Positions 1 to 13,650 are shown, counted from the stretch's first letter. The stretch is 64,000 bases of DNA from Mobula hypostoma (GCF_963921235.1 NC_086097.1:25174001-25238000); one strand, 5' to 3'. Program-made: numbers and translations. Notes: generated from the sequence alone by a model not told the origin.

Positions 1-161
1 AATAACCACATGTTATAACAGTGGTGTGCAGAAAAGCACCTCCATATGCACAGCATGTTGAACCTTGAAGTGGATGGGCAACAGCAGCAGAAGATGATGA
101 ACATACACTCAGTGGCAGTTTATTAGGTAGAGGGGCAACCTAACAAAGTGGTCATTGAGTG
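1..161 (+). mobile_element. 3' part of a non-autonomous Tc1-derived element (same family as 61536-62102)
   Basis: Homologous to about 61940-62102. Terminal palindrome tacactcagtggcagtttattagg...cctaacaaagtggtcattgagtg. Confidence 0.8.
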
Positions 162-749
162 TGTATATACTGTATATGGAGGGGAGAAGCTGTACCTAAA
201 ACATTGAGTCTACAGACTTTTGTACCTCCTCTCTGATGGTAGTAATGAGAAGACATATCCTGGGTGATGGGTCCCATTAAATTTAAAATTTTAAACTAAA
301 TTTTAAGGATCCTATTTGATTTATTGTTTAACACGTTTATATTAAAAGAAAGTGAATTGAATATGTATATAAGCCACATTTTAACTATGAGAAATTAAGC
401 TGCAATGTTTGCACATAGAACAGTACAGCACAATACAGGACCTTTAGTCCACGATGTTTAGCTGATATTTTAACCCACTTCAAGTTCAATCGAACACTTC
501 CCTCCCACATATGCTTAAGCATTTAGTGTTTCTCAGAGAATTTGTTTGAAATACTATAATTTGAAAGAATTACAAGCAGTCACATGTGGTAAAGCCTATT
601 TCCTCTCCCCAAACTGCATTGCTTCTTGGGGATTTCTATTGTAGTGTAACCTTTTAAAGTATTCAGATTACACGAGCTGTCACTTTACATCAGAATACTC
701 TGAGGAATAAACAGATTCCAGAGGTGATGACAGCCCTATTAGTGAAGTA

Positions 750-1323
750 CAAGTCAAAGTCAAAGTCAAAGCAAATTTATTATCAAAATAAGTATATGTT
801 ACTATACACTACCTTGAGATTCATTTTCTTGCAGGCATTTACATGAAAAATAAAGAAATACAATAGAATGTATTAAAAAGCTAGATATAAACAATGGCTG
901 GCAAACAACCAATGTGCAAAAGAAGACAAATTGTGTAAAGAAAAAATAAATAATACTGAGAACATGAGTTGCAGAGTACTTGAAAGTGATTCAGTAGGTT
1001 GTGGAATTAGTTCAGAATTGTGGTGAGTGAGGATATCCATACATGATATCCTGATTCATGAGCCTGATGGCAGTAGAGCAATAAGTGTTCTTGCACCTGG
1101 TGGTGTGGAACCCAAGGCAACTGTATTTTCTGCCCAGTTATATTAGTGAGAAGAGAGCATGGCCTGGATGGTAGGAGTCCTTGATTATGGATGTTGCTTT
1201 CTTGTGGCAGCAAGTCCATGTAGATGTGCTCAGTGGAGGAGAGGGCTTTCCCTGTGATGGACTGGGCTTTATCCACCACTTTCTGTTGTCTTTTCCATTC
1301 CTGGGCTTTGGTGTTTCCATACC
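750..1323 (-). mobile_element. Degenerate Rex1/Babar-like LINE 3' end
   Basis: (ctttga)n-type tail at about 750-775. Remnant KAQSITG..CHKKATSIIKDSYHPGHALFSL typical of the Rex1 ORF C-terminus. Confidence 0.7.
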
Positions 1324-1423
1324 ACTACTACTACTATTACTATTACTACTATTACTATGACTACTACTACTACTATTACTACTACTACTACTACAACTAC
1401 TATTACTACTACTACTACTACTA
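1324..1423. repeat. (TAC/TAT)n microsatellite, forming the (TAG)n 3' tail of the adjacent RTE element
   Basis: About 33 trinucleotide units abutting the short 3' UTR of the RTE ORF. Confidence 0.95.
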
Positions 1424-2099
1424 CGTCCACTCAGGCCTAGGGGCCGTGTCGGGCATGATGACGGACTCTCCACTTCTCCCTCTCCCTCATCAGTGTGTTC
1501 AGTTCATCTACATTAGCTACGCCGCTGTCTTCTAGGAGCGTGTTGACCATAGTCTTGGAAGGGTGCCCAAGGTTCATCCTCCCGTGCTTGGGCTCCCATA
1601 TGATGACTAGGCTGGCAGGTAGCTCAGGGTGGCGTAGACAGTGCCCCACTAGTTGCAGTCTTCTCGCCTCGATTTTAGCGGAGAGCATCGGTAAGTTGTT
1701 ATAGAGCTCAACGTTCGTCATGTGCTGTTGCCAACTGACATCAAGAGCCATCCGGAGCATTCGTGTATAGCAACCATCTAGAGACTTTCGCATCATCTTG
1801 GTGAGTGTCCACGTCTCGCATCCGTACATGAGAATGGACTCTTTGACTGCTATGAAAATCCTCTTTTTAAGTCCTCTGGTCAGGTTTGACTTCCCGATTT
1901 CCTTCATGTCGTTCATAGCCCTCCACGCCAGCGCCTTCCGTATCTTTATGTCCTTCTCTGGACTCATCATTCTTGATCCGAGGTACTTGTAGTCAAAGAC
2001 TTTCTTAATGGCATCATTCACCATGGTCTTGAGAGTACCTTCGTCGCAGTTAAACGCCATGTACTCTGTCTTTTTAGCGTTCAGGTGAAGTCCAACTTT
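1324..2099 (-). mobile_element. 5'-truncated RTE-clade LINE with uninterrupted C-terminal ORF (1437-2060)
   Basis: Motifs GLHLNAKKTEYM, YKYLGS, ESILMYGCETWTLT, LDGCYTRMLR, RRLQLVGHCLR. Stop followed by about 12 nt and a trinucleotide tail. Confidence 0.9.
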
Positions 2100-4631
2100 A
2101 TTGCATTCTATTACCTGGCTGAATGATTGAATGAGCTGTCAGAACAGGTTTACTTTCAAAGTTGAAACTCCAAAGTAAATTTATTATCAAATTATATATA
2201 CCATATACAACCCCGAGATTCTTTTCCTTACAGACACCCACAAGTAAACAAAGAAATACAATAGGCGCTACAAAAACACACACATAACAAACATCCAGTG
2301 CATAAAAAAGGACAAATCATGCAAATAATAAAAAAGTAAACAAGTAATACATAGAACATGAGGTACAGAGAGCCACAGGTTGCGGTGTTCGGTCAGCGCT
2401 GAGGCGAGTTCATCGCAAGAGAGTGAGTGTATGTTTTGTGGAGGAGAACCAAACAGCAGCAAAGTGCTTGTTGATTTGGAAACAATGCCAACTCTCAGAA
2501 GCCCCAGCAGCTTTTTAACTGTCATTTGAAATATTTTTCAGCATCCACATGTGGTTGAAAAGAACACTTGCAGTGTATTGTGTTCACATTCTTTTTCGCA
2601 GCCACACAAAGTACATCACAGAGAATCAGTTAAGTTCAAGTGCAGTGACTGCAATGCCGACGGGCTTAACAAACAATAAAAAACAGGTGGGCAGCAATTG
2701 TTGGCATTGTAAGAAAAGCTTTTGTCTTAATGAATGCAGTGAGGGTGCAGGGTGAGGTCAGGATCATGCTGGCTATAGAGAGCTTCTTCTCATTCTAAAT
2801 TACAAAGTAAAGCCTTTTTCCACTTGTGCTTAGCTCATTTTTAATGTACTGACAGAATGCTAATCACCAAGAGTCTAGTGATACGTAATTGGCAATAGTT
2901 GGCTATCTTCAAAGTTTACAGTTCAAAGTAAATTTATTATCCAAGTATGTAGAAGTCACCACATACTACCTTGGGATTCATATTCTTGCAGGCATTCACA
3001 ATAGAACGAAGAAAAACAACAGACTAAACAAAGCCTACGCACAGAGATTGACAACCCAACTGCAAAATAAGGCAATCTGTGCAACAGAAAAAGAACTAAA
3101 TATAATTAATAAATATTGAAAACATGAGTTGTAGTATCCTCGAAACTAGACTGTTTAGAATTAAAAGCATAAATGGAGGGCTACGTTGGGTGGAACATAA
3201 ATGGAGAGCTATGTTTGATCTTAGATTACACCAAAGGGTTGGCAACATTATGGGCTGAATGGCCTGTACTGTTCTACATTCTATAACTCTTCAGGTAACT
3301 TGATGCAAGAAGGAGTGCCTTTTTCAGCATTTTACTAGTATGGTTGAAAGGGCAAGGAAACAAACAGCTACTACAGTGGATTTACACAATTCACCATTGA
3401 ATATCATGTCTACATCTCAGAATTCAGTTTCCCCTTGATAAACCCTGCCTACCCATCTCCCTGCTTTAGTAAAGCAGCCAGCATGATGAAAGACCCCACC
3501 CTGACAGACATTCTCTCTTTGTCTCTCTCCCATCAGGTGGAAGATACAAAAGCCTGAAAGTATGTACCAACAGGCTCAAGACAGCTTCTACCCCACTCTA
3601 ACAAGACTATTGAATGCACAACTTGTATGATAAAGTGAATTCTTGACCTCACAATCTACCTCATCATGCCCTTGCCTATAATTATAGCATATTATTCTGC
3701 ATTCTGTTACTACTTTTCCCTTGTATTACCTCAATGCAATGCTGTGATGAAATAATATGTTAGAAAAACAAATTGCAAGACAATGTTTCTCACTGTACTT
3801 CAGCACATGTGACAATAATAAACCAATTTACTGATTTATCCACTATTAAGCTCTAATGCAGTCAATGGAAGAAAATCCCGAAGCACTCACTGATATTGTT
3901 CAGATTCTTTTTTTTTTGCCTCCTGTACATCAAAACATGTATGAATTATACCATTTGCATTAACAACCAACACAACCTCATGATGTGATGGGGTCAGCCC
4001 CAAGTGTCACCACGCATTCTGTCCTCAATGCTCGCCAGAACAACACAGAACACAACAAGTAGCTAAGCATAGCAAAACAATCCCTGTTCCTTTCTCCCAC
4101 TTGCACATGAACAATCGTCCAAGCCTAGGACAGGCCATCTTTGGCCTCCAATGGACTCGTAGAATCACAGACAATAGGCCTCGACTTCCCTAGTAGCCTC
4201 ACAGAGACTCGCAGACACAGATGTGTGCAGAGTTTTCAGATTTCCAATCAACTTTTGGGCTCCAAACTTCTATGTTATGGCCCTTGTTTTATATTTGTCC
4301 CATGTGCAATTTCATCATTATTATTTCAATCTCTTCATCCTTTATGAACTATCCTGTCATTGCTGCCTGCATCCAATCAATCTTCTCCATTCACCAGCCA
4401 GTTTCCATCATCCATTCCTTCACATTGTGGAAATGCAAATGACATCTGTGGCAGCAACCCTCAGGAAGAAGAAACCCTTCACCAACAAATGACAACAAAA
4501 AAAAAAGACCAAAATCCTACCTAACGTTCTATGAGAGATGGCAGGACCTCATTGAAACGACTTTTTTTAAAAAATGTCTTAGAATTGTACAAAGTTTATA
4601 GATGATATGAGGAAAAGTTCTATCAGTACAG

Positions 4632-5128
4632 TACAGTACTAAAGTCTTACATACATATACAGTACAATGCTAGGGCGTAAGACATTTGCACAGTACTGTG
4701 GTAATTTTATGTATTGCACTGTGTTGCTGCCAGAACATAAAACAAAATTCATGACATTTGTGGGTAATGATAAATCCGATTCTGATATTGGTCTCTATTG
4801 TGGACTTACAGTGGGAAGGGAACAGGGAGAGGAGAATCATGGCTGAAAAAAGGGGAAGGGAGAGTGGAGGGAGTGGGAGCCATCAGAGAGACATTCTGTA
4901 ATGATTAATAAAGCAGTTGTTTGCAATCAAGTGACCTTGCCTGCTGTTTTGGGGCTGGAACCGTTTGCACCTGCACCAACCCCTGCCACCTGTCCCATGT
5001 CCCATGCCCCTCTCACGGTGCTCCACCTGCAGCATTCCCAACAGCCTTTGCTCCCACCAGATTTACAAATTGCTCTCTGCTGCACGTTGACAAATAAAGT
5101 ACTGTGCAGAAGTCTTAGGCACCATAGC
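4632..5128 (+). mobile_element. Composite MITE-like element bounded by cagtactgtgcaaaagtcttaggcac mini-palindromes
   Basis: Internal region homologous in reverse to about 22710-23050. TIR-like motifs at 4632-4699 and 5098-5122. Confidence 0.7.
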
Positions 5129-5130
5129 TA

Positions 5131-7625
5131 CAGTGTCTATAGGAAGTATTAACCCTTCCTTGGAAGTTTTCATGTTTTATTGTTTTACAATATTTAATCA
5201 CAGTAGATTTAATTTGGCTTTTTTTGACACCAATCAACAAAAAAAGAATCTTTCGTGTCAAAGTGAAAACAGATCCCTCCAAAGTGATCTAAATTAATTA
5301 CAAATATAAACATTACATAATTGATTGAGGAAGTATTCACCACCTTTAATATGACACTCTAAATTATCACTGGTGCAGCCACACAAACTGTTAGAGGAAC
5401 CCAACAGGCCAGGCAGCATCTATGGAAAAAAGTACAGTTGACGTTTCGGGCCGAAACCCTTCAGCAGGACTGGAGAAGAAAAGCTGAGGAGTAGATTTGA
5501 AAGGTGGGGAGAGGGAGAGAGAAACGTCTGGCGATAGGTGAAACTTGGAGGGGGAGGGATGAAGCAAAGAGCTAGGAAGTTGAGTGGTTAAAGAGACAGA
5601 AGGCAATGGAAGAAAGATGGGGGGGGAGAGGAGCACTAAAGGGAGGCGATAGGCAGGCAAGGAGATAACATGAGAGAGGGTCAAGGGGAAGGGAAATGGT
5701 GAAGGAAGGGCAGTGGAGGCATTACTGGAAGTTTGAGAAATCGAAGTTCATGCCATCAGGTTGGAGGCTACCCAAACAGAATATAAGGTGTTGTTCCTCC
5801 AACCTAAGTATGGCCTTATCCTGACAGTGGAGGAGGCCATGGATGGACATATCGGAATGGGAATGGGAAGTGGAATTAAAATGGGTGGCCACTGGGAGAT
5901 CCCACTTGTTCTGGCGGATGGAGCATAGATGCTCGGCAAAGCGGTCTCCCAGTCTGCATTGGGTCTCACTGATATACAGGAGGCCACAGCAGGAACACCA
6001 CACACAGTATTTGATCCCAACAGACCCACAGGTGAAGTGTCGCCTCACCTGGAAAGACTGTTTGGGGCCCTGAATGGTAGTGAGGGAGGAGGTGTAGGGG
6101 CAGGTGAAGCACTTGTTTCGGGTTTGCAAGGATAAGTACCAGGAGGGAGATCAGTGGGGGTGGCATAGGGACCGATCCCTGCGGAATGCAGAAAATGGGG
6201 GTGGGAGGGAAACATGTGTTTGGTGGTGGGATCCCGTTGGAGGTGGCATAAGTTTCGGAGAATTATGTGCAGGAGATAGATGCTGGTGGGGGGGTAGGTG
6301 AGGACAAGAGGAACCCTCTCCCTGATACAGCCAATTGGTTTCAGAAGTCACATCATTAGTTAAATGGAAATCACCTGTGTACAGTCACGGTGTTTCCATT
6401 GATTGTAGTAAAAATACACCTGTATCTGGAAGGTCCAGCTGGTGGTGAGTCAGTATCCTGGCAAAAACTACACCATGGAGACAAAAGAGGGCTCCAAGCA
6501 ACTCTGCAAAAAGCTTATTAAGAACTACAAATCAGGAGATGGGCATTTCCAAGTCAATAAATATCCCTTGGAGTACAGTTAAGTCAATCATCAAGAAACG
6601 GAAAGAATATAGCACACCTATAAATCTGCCTAGAGCAGGTCGTCCTCAAAAACTGAATGACTGTGCAAGAAGGGAGCTAGTGAGGGAGGCCACCAAAAGA
6701 CCTATGACAACTCTGGAGGAGTTGCAGGCTTCAGTGGCTGAGATGGGAGAGACTGCGCATATAAAAACTGTTGCCGAAGTGTTTCACCACTTCCAGCTTT
6801 TTAGGAGAGTGGCAAAGAGAAATGCCACTATTGAAAAACCTCGCATGAAATTTCAGCTAGACTTTGCCAGAGGCACATGGCAGACTCTGAAGTCAGCTGG
6901 AAGAAGGTCTATGGTGTGATAAAACCAAAATTGAACTTTTTAGGCATCGGACTAAACCCTGTGTTTGACATAAGCCAAACACGGCACATCATCAAACCAC
7001 ACCATCCCTACCGTGAAGCGTGGTGGTGGCTGCATCATGCTGTGGGGATGTTTCACTGCAGCAGGCCCTGGAAGGCTTGCAAAGGTGGAGGGAAAAATGA
7101 ATGCATCAAAATACAGGGAACTCCTGTAGGAAAACCTGATGCAGTGTTTGTTTTCCATCAAGACAATGATCCCAAGCATAAAGACAAAGCTACAAAGGAA
7201 TGATTAAGAACAGCAAAGTTAATGTCCTGGAGTGGCCAAGTCAGAGTCCAGACTTCAATCCAAATGAGAATTTGTGGCTGGACTTGAAGAGGGCTGTTCA
7301 CTCTCAATTCCCATGCAATCTGACAGACCTTGATCAGTTTTGTAAAGAAGAATGAGGAAAATTGCAGTGTCCAGTTGTGCAAAGATGATAGAGCGCTCTC
7401 CACACAGACTCAAAGCTGTAAGTGCTGCCAAAGGTGCATCTCCTAAATACTGTCCTGAAGGGGGCGAGTAATTATGCAATCAATTATTTTGTGCTAAATA
7501 ATTGTAATACCTTTAATCCAATTTGTAGAAATTTGTTTTCACTTTGACACGAAAGAGTCTTTTCTGTTGATCAGTGTCAAAAAGGCCAAATTAAATCCAC
7601 TATGAATCAATGTTGTAAAACAATC
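5131..7625 (+). mobile_element. Tc1-family (DD34E, IR/DR-type) transposon, degenerate and interrupted by a Penelope insertion
   Basis: Starts ta|CAGTG. The ~210-bp left TIR matches the inverted copy at about 7460-7625. Transposase from ATG 6475 has a paired-like HTH (ISKSINIPWSTVKSIIKK, GRPQK), FHQDNDPKH and WPSQSPDFNPNENLW, with frameshifts and stops. The right TIR is cut off by CR1 at about 7626. Confidence 0.92.
5382..6325 (-). mobile_element. Penelope-like element (Neptune-type) 3' half with GIY-YIG endonuclease and hammerhead-bearing terminus
   Basis: ORF 5722-6129: CFTCPY..HFTC..YCVWCSCCGLLYISET..RLGDRFAEH..PVATHFN..EQHLIF.LGSLQPDGMN. Target duplication cagcca at 5376-5381 and 6328-6333. 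Confidence 0.92.
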
Positions 7626-10170
7626 AGGTTGGTGTTGGATCACAAGGGAAGGAACTTGTTGAATGCCTATGAGCTAGCTTTTTAGAACAGCCTGTGCTTG
7701 CGCCAACTAGAGGCAGGCTATCTTAGATTGGGTGTTGTCTAATAAATCAGATCTTATTGGGGAGCTTAATGTAAAGGAACCCTTAGGAGGCAGTGATCAT
7801 AACATGACTGAATTCATACTGCAATTTTGAGAGGGAGAAGCATAACTCACATGTATCAGTATCACAACGGAATAAAGGGAATTAAAGAGGCATGAGAGAG
7901 GAGCTTGCCCAGGTGGACTGGAGGAGAATACTGGCAGGGATGATGGCAGAGCAGAGATAGCTGAAGTTTGGGAATAATTCACAAGTTGCAGGATAGATAT
8001 GTCTCACAGAAGTTGTTCTCAAATGACAGGGGTAGGCAACTGTGGCTGACAAAGAAAGCTAAGAACTGCATAAAAGCCGAGGAAAGAGCCTATAAGATAG
8101 CAAAAGTGAGTGGGAAATTGGATGATTGGGAAGTTTTTGAAATCTAACAAAAGACAACAAAAAAAAGCTATAAGAAGGGAAAAGGCGAAATATGAGGGCA
8201 AACTAGCCAATAATATAAAGCAGGATAAGTTTTTTCAGTTATATAAAGAGTAAATGGGAGGTGAGAGTTGATATTGGACCACTGGAAAATAATGCTGGTG
8301 AGATAGTAATAGGGGACAAAGAAATGACAGATTAACTTAATGAGTACTTTGCATCAGTCTTCACTGTAGAAAACGACTAGCAGTGTGCCAGAGGTCCGTG
8401 AGTATCAGGGAACAGGAGTGAGTTCCATTACTATTACAAAGGAAAAAGTGCGCGGCAAATTGAAAGGTCTTAAGGTGGATAAGTCAGCTGGACAAGATGG
8501 GCTACATCCCAGAGTCCTCAGAGAGGTTGTTGAAGAGATAACAGATGCACTGGTCATGATCTTTCAAGAATCACTTGATTCTGGTATGGTCCTGTGGGAC
8601 TGGAAAATTGCAAATGTCACTCGCTCTTTAAGAAGGGAGGAAGGCAAAAGAAAGGAAATTATAGGCCAGTTGGCCTAACCCAATAGTTGGTAAAGTGTTG
8701 GAGTCTATTATTAAGACCATAAGACATAAGACATAGGAGCAGAGATAGGCCATCTGGCCCATCAAGTCTGCTTTGCCATTCGATCATGGCTGATCCTTTC
8801 ATTCTATTTCCTCCTCAACCCCAGTTCCCGGTCTTCTCCCCGTAAGCTTTAAGGATGAGGTTTTGGTGTACTTGGAGACTAATGATACAATAAGTCAAAG
8901 TCAGCATTGTTTCTGTAAAGGGAAATCTTGCTTGACAAATCTGTTAGTTCTTCAAGGAAGTAACAAGCAGAGTGGACAAAGGAGAGGCAGTGGATGTCAT
9001 TTACTTGGATTTTCAGAAGGCACTTGAAAAGGTACCACACATGAGACTGCTTAACAAGATGAAATCCTATGGCGTTACAGGAAAGATACTGGCATGGATA
9101 GAAGAATGGCTAACAGGCAGGAGGCAGTGAGTGGGAATAAAAGGGGGCTTTTCTGGTTGGCTGCCGGTGCCTTGTGGTGTTCCTCGGGTCTGTATTGGGA
9201 CTGCTGCTTTTCACGCTGTTTGTCAACTAATTGGATAATGAAATTGGTGGCTTTGTGGCAAAGTTTGCGGATGATATGAAGATAGGTGAAGGAATAGGTA
9301 GTGCTAAGAAAGCAATACAATTGCAGCAGAACTTAGATAAATTGTAAGAATGGGCAAAAAAAGAGGCAGATATCATACAGTATTGGGAAAAATATGATAA
9401 TGTATTTTGGTAAAAGGAACAATAGTGTGGACCATTATCTAAATGGGGGAAAAAATTCAAACATATGAGGTGCAAAGAGACTTGGGAGTCTTTGTTCAAT
9501 ACTCCCAGAAGGTTAAGTTACAGGTTGAGTCTGCAGAAAAGAATACAAATGTAACATTGACATTTATTTCAAAGGGAATAGAATATAAAAACAAGGAGAT
9601 AATACTGAGGCTTTATAAGACACGAGCCAAGCCACACTTTGAGTACTGTCAACAGTTTTGGGCCCCATATCTCAGAAAGGGTGTGTTGTCATTGAAGAGA
9701 GTCCAGAGGAGGTTCATGAGGATGATTCCAGGAATGAAGGGGTTAACATATGAGAAGCATTTGGCAGATTTTGGCCTGTACTCACTGGAATTAAGAAGAA
9801 TGTGTAGGTATCTCATTGAAACCTACCAAATGTTGAACTGACTAGATAGAGTGGATGTGGAGAGGATGTTTCCTATGGTAGCGGTATCCAGAACTAGAGG
9901 GCACAGCCTCAAAGTTGAGGAGCAACCTTTTAAAACAGAGGTAAGGAGGATTTTTTTTTTTTTTTGGCCAGAGTGTAGTGAATCTGTGGAATGCTCTGCC
10001 ACAGACTGCAGTGGAGGCCAAGTCCATGGATATATTTAAAACAGAAGATGATAGTTTCCAGATAGGTCAGGGCATCAAAGGATATGGTGAAGACTGATGT
10101 ATTGGGTTGAGTGGGATCCGGGATCAGCCATGATGGAATGGTGGAGCAGGCGCGGCAGGCTGAATGGCCT
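7626..10170 (+). mobile_element. CR1 LINE, degenerate ORF2 (EN end, RT, 3' UTR)
   Basis: Remnants KSAGQDGLHPRVLRE, WKIANVT, VDVIYLDFQKA, KFADD, RPHFEYCQQFWAP and a CR1 3' UTR. Confidence 0.92.
8716..8848 (-). mobile_element. CR1 3'-terminal fragment inserted antisense inside the larger CR1
   Basis: (tcttatg)n tail, CR1 3' UTR motif, ttaag duplicated on both sides. Confidence 0.8.
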
Positions 10171-10504
10171 AACATAAATAAAGTGTATATCTCATACTTC
10201 ACAAATTTGCATAATTTGGATACAATTTGCATTACCTTTTTCTCTAGACTCTAACTGAACAGAGGATGCTGATGCAGTTGGAACAACTTCTCCTGATACC
10301 AGTGGGCTCAGACTATATGTGCAGGCCCAGTTGTCTGCCAGTTTGAGTCCTTCCAGTGATCAAATGGGGGAGCAAATTCAATGAGACAAATGGCCTAATT
10401 CTGCTCCTATGTCCTGTGGTCTTATAGTCAATGGAATTATTGCATTCTGTTGTCAACAAGTGTGCATGCCACAGCTCTTGAACTCTATCAATCTTACACA
10501 GGTT

Positions 10505-11000
10505 TTAAGGTCATAAGACCAGGAGACATAGGAGCGGAATTAGGCCATTTGGCTCATGGAGTCCGTTCCACCATTCCATTCTGGCTGATTTACTATCCCT
10601 CTCAAACCCATTCTGCTGCCTTCTCCCTGTAATCTTTGGCAACCTTACTAATTAAGAACCGATCAACCTCCATTTTAAATATAGCCCATGACTTGGCCTC
10701 CACATCATTTGTCACAATGAATTCCACAGATACACCACCCTCTGCTGCAGAAATTCCACTCATCTGTGTTCTAAAGGGTCACCCTTCTATTCTCTAGACC
10801 CTCTCCAATGCCAGGACATCCTTAAGGGGCCCAAAACTGCTCATAATACTCCAAGTGCAATCTGACCAATACCTTATAAAGCCTCAGCATTATTTCCTTA
10901 CTTTTTTGTTCTAGTCCTCTCAAAATGAATGCTAATATTGCTTTTGCCTTCCCTGCTACCAACTCAACCTGTAAGGTTACTTTTAGGGAATCCAGCAAGT
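10505..11000 (-). mobile_element. CR1 3' fragment(s)
   Basis: Antisense LRLYKVLVRLHLEYYEQFWAP and CR1 3' UTR. Confidence 0.75.
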
Positions 11001-11324
11001 TTCTTTGTAGCTCTGAGGAGGCTGAAGAGAGCTGGACCATGTACATCCAGACTCTCGACCTTCTGCAGATGCGCAGTAGAGAGCATCCTATGCATGGTAC
11101 AGAAGCAGAACTGCAGCAGACAAGAAGGCTCTACAATGGGCTGGTAAAACTGCTGAATGCATCACTGGCAGCAGCCTACCCACAATCAAGACATATTTAC
11201 AGAAAAGTGGCAGAAAAAGGCTATAACATCATGAAAGATCCCACCCACCCTTCTCATGGACTGTCCCAGTCCCATCAGTGAGTAAGCTATGTAGCATCCA
11301 TACCAGGACCACCAGAATTAGAAA

Positions 11325-11995
11325 TGATGGAGCTGACTAATTTTATAACTTTCTGCAACTTGTGTCGATCTTTTGCAGCAGCCCCACCCCATAGAAGATG
11401 GCGATGCAGCCTGTCAAAATGCTCTCCACAATATATTTGTAGAGGTTTTCGAGTGTTTTAGTTGACAAACAAAATCTCCATAAAGAAGGCTGTCTTGCCT
11501 TCTTTATAGCTGCATCAATATGTTGACACCCAGGAACTTGAAATTACTCACTCTCTCCACTTCTGATCCCTCTATGATAATTGGTTTGTGTTCCCTCACC
11601 CTGGCCTTCCTGAAGTCCAGAATCAGCTCTCTGGTCTTGCTGACATTGAGTTCAAGGTTGTTAGTGCAACACCACTGAATTAGCTGATATATCTCACTCC
11701 TGTACTTCTTTTTGTCACCATCTGAAATTCTGCCAACAATTGTTTTCTCATCAGCAAATTTATAGATACCACTTGAGCTGTGCCTAGCCACACGGTCATA
11801 GGTGTATATAGAGAAGAGCAGTGGGTTAGGCACACACCCCTGTGGTGTGCCAGTGTTGATTGTCAGTGAAGTGGAGATGTTATTTCCAATCCACACAGAT
11901 TGTCATCTTCCGGTTAGGAAGTCAAGCATCCAGTTGCAGAGGGATGTACAGAGGCCCAGATTCTGTAGCTTTCTGATAAGGACTGTAGGAATCTT
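11325..11995 (-). mobile_element. Rex1/Babar-like LINE RT fragment
   Basis: ORF 11504-11896: TGTPQGCVPNPLLFSIYT..KFADEKTIVG..LNVSKTRELILDFRK..FKFLGV. Confidence 0.85.
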
Positions 11996-12149
11996 ATAAA
12001 CTATCTTACGTATTTATATTTATTGTTTTTATTTATTATTGTGTTTTTTATCTTCTTGTGTTTTTATTCTGTGTGCCTTCAGATCCAGAGTAACAATTAT
12101 TTCATTCTCTTCTACACTTGTGTACTGGAAATGACATTAAACAATCTTG

Positions 12150-13650
12150 ACATCTTCTCATGTCTGAATTTTCTCCAATTAGAAAATAGCCTACTCCTTC
12201 TACCAAAGTGCATGACCATACATTTCCCTACATTATATTCCATCTGCCGCTTCTTTGCCTGTTCTTCTAATCCTGGCTGCTGCAGAATCCTGGCTTCCTC
12301 AACACTACCTGCCCCTCCATCTATCTTAGCATAGGCAATTGTTTAGCATCTGCAAATATGGCCACAAAGCCATCAATTTCATCATCCAAATCATTCACAT
12401 ACAACTTGAGAAGAAGCAGTCCCAACACCAACCCCTGGAAAATGCCACTAGTCATCAGCCCCAACCAGAATAGACGTCCCTTTATTCCCATTCTTTTCCT
12501 CTTGCTGGTAATCTAATCTACTATCCATTCTAGTATCTTCCCTGTAATACCACAGGCTTTAATTCTGTTTAACAGCTTCCTCTGCAGCATTTTGTCAAAA
12601 GCTTTCTGAAAATCCAAGTAAACAACATCCACTGACTCTCCTTTGTCTAACCTGCCTGTTATATCCTAAAAGGATTCCAACAGATTGGTCAAGCAAGATT
12701 TCCCTTTAAGGAAACCATGCCCACTTTGGCTTATTTTATCATGTGGAAACCATAGAAAGGGTGCAGAGGAGATTTACGAGGATGATGCCTGGATTGGGGA
12801 GCATACATTATGAAAACAGGTTGAGTGAACTCGGCCTTTTCTCCTTGGAGCAATGGAGGATGAGAGGTGACCTGATAGAGGTGTATAAGATGATGAGAGG
12901 CATTGATTGTGTGGATAGTCAGAGGCTTTTTCCCGGGGCTGAAAGGGTTGCCACAAGAGGACACAGGTTTAGGGTGCTGGGAAGTAGGTACAGAGGAGAT
13001 GTCAGGGGTAAGTTTTTTTACGCAGAGAGTGGTGAGTGTGTGGAATGGGCAGCTGGCAACGGTGGTGGAGGCGGACACGATTGGGTCGTTTAAGAGACTT
13101 TTGGATAGGTACATGGAGCTTAGAAAAATAGAGGGCTATGGGTAACCCTAGTAACTTCTAAGGTAGGGACATGTTTGGCACAACTTTGTGGGCCGAAGGG
13201 CCTGTATTGTGCTGTAGGTTTTCTATGTTCTTATGTGCCTCCAAGTGCTCTAAAAACCATCTTTAATAATAGACTCCAACATCTTGCCAACCACTGAGGT
13301 CAGGCGAAAAGGCTTATAATTTCCAGTCTTTTACTTCCCTTCCTTAAGAGAATGGAAGGTAAAAGTATTTTCCAGTTCTCCAGAACCATTCCAGGATCTA
13401 GTGATTCTTGAAAGATCACTATTAATGCCTCTACAATCCTTTCAGAGGCCTTTATCAGAATACTGCGGAGTAGTCCATCTGGTCCAGGTGACCTCTCTAC
13501 CTTCAGACCTTTCAGCTACCCAAGGACCTTCTCCTTAGTAACAGCAACTACATTCACTTCTGCACCTAACCCCCCACCCCCCCGGCATTCTTGAATTTCT
13601 GGCATACTACTGGCATCTTCCACAGTGAAGACCAACTCAAAATACTTATT
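12150..13650 (-). mobile_element. CR1 RT fragment, interrupted by a younger plus-strand CR1
   Basis: Antisense similarity to about 8330-9500 (dispersed CR1 ORF2). Confidence 0.8.
12746..13232 (+). mobile_element. Younger CR1 3' end nested in an older CR1
   Basis: ERVQRRFTRMMPGL..RMRGDLIEVYKMMRG..FFTQRVV. ctatgtt-type tail. TSD atgtg at 12741-12745 and 13233-13237. Confidence 0.88.

Noticed and set aside
1138..1535. Poly-Ser and poly-Tyr ORFs
   Set aside because: Translation of the (TAC)n retrotransposon tail.
10236..10350. Exon-like segment (minus-strand donor at 10236; plus-strand acceptor at about 10247)
   Set aside because: No phase-0 acceptor on the minus strand, no resemblance to the expected next CEP128 exon, and the plus-strand phase-0 frame ends in a stop.
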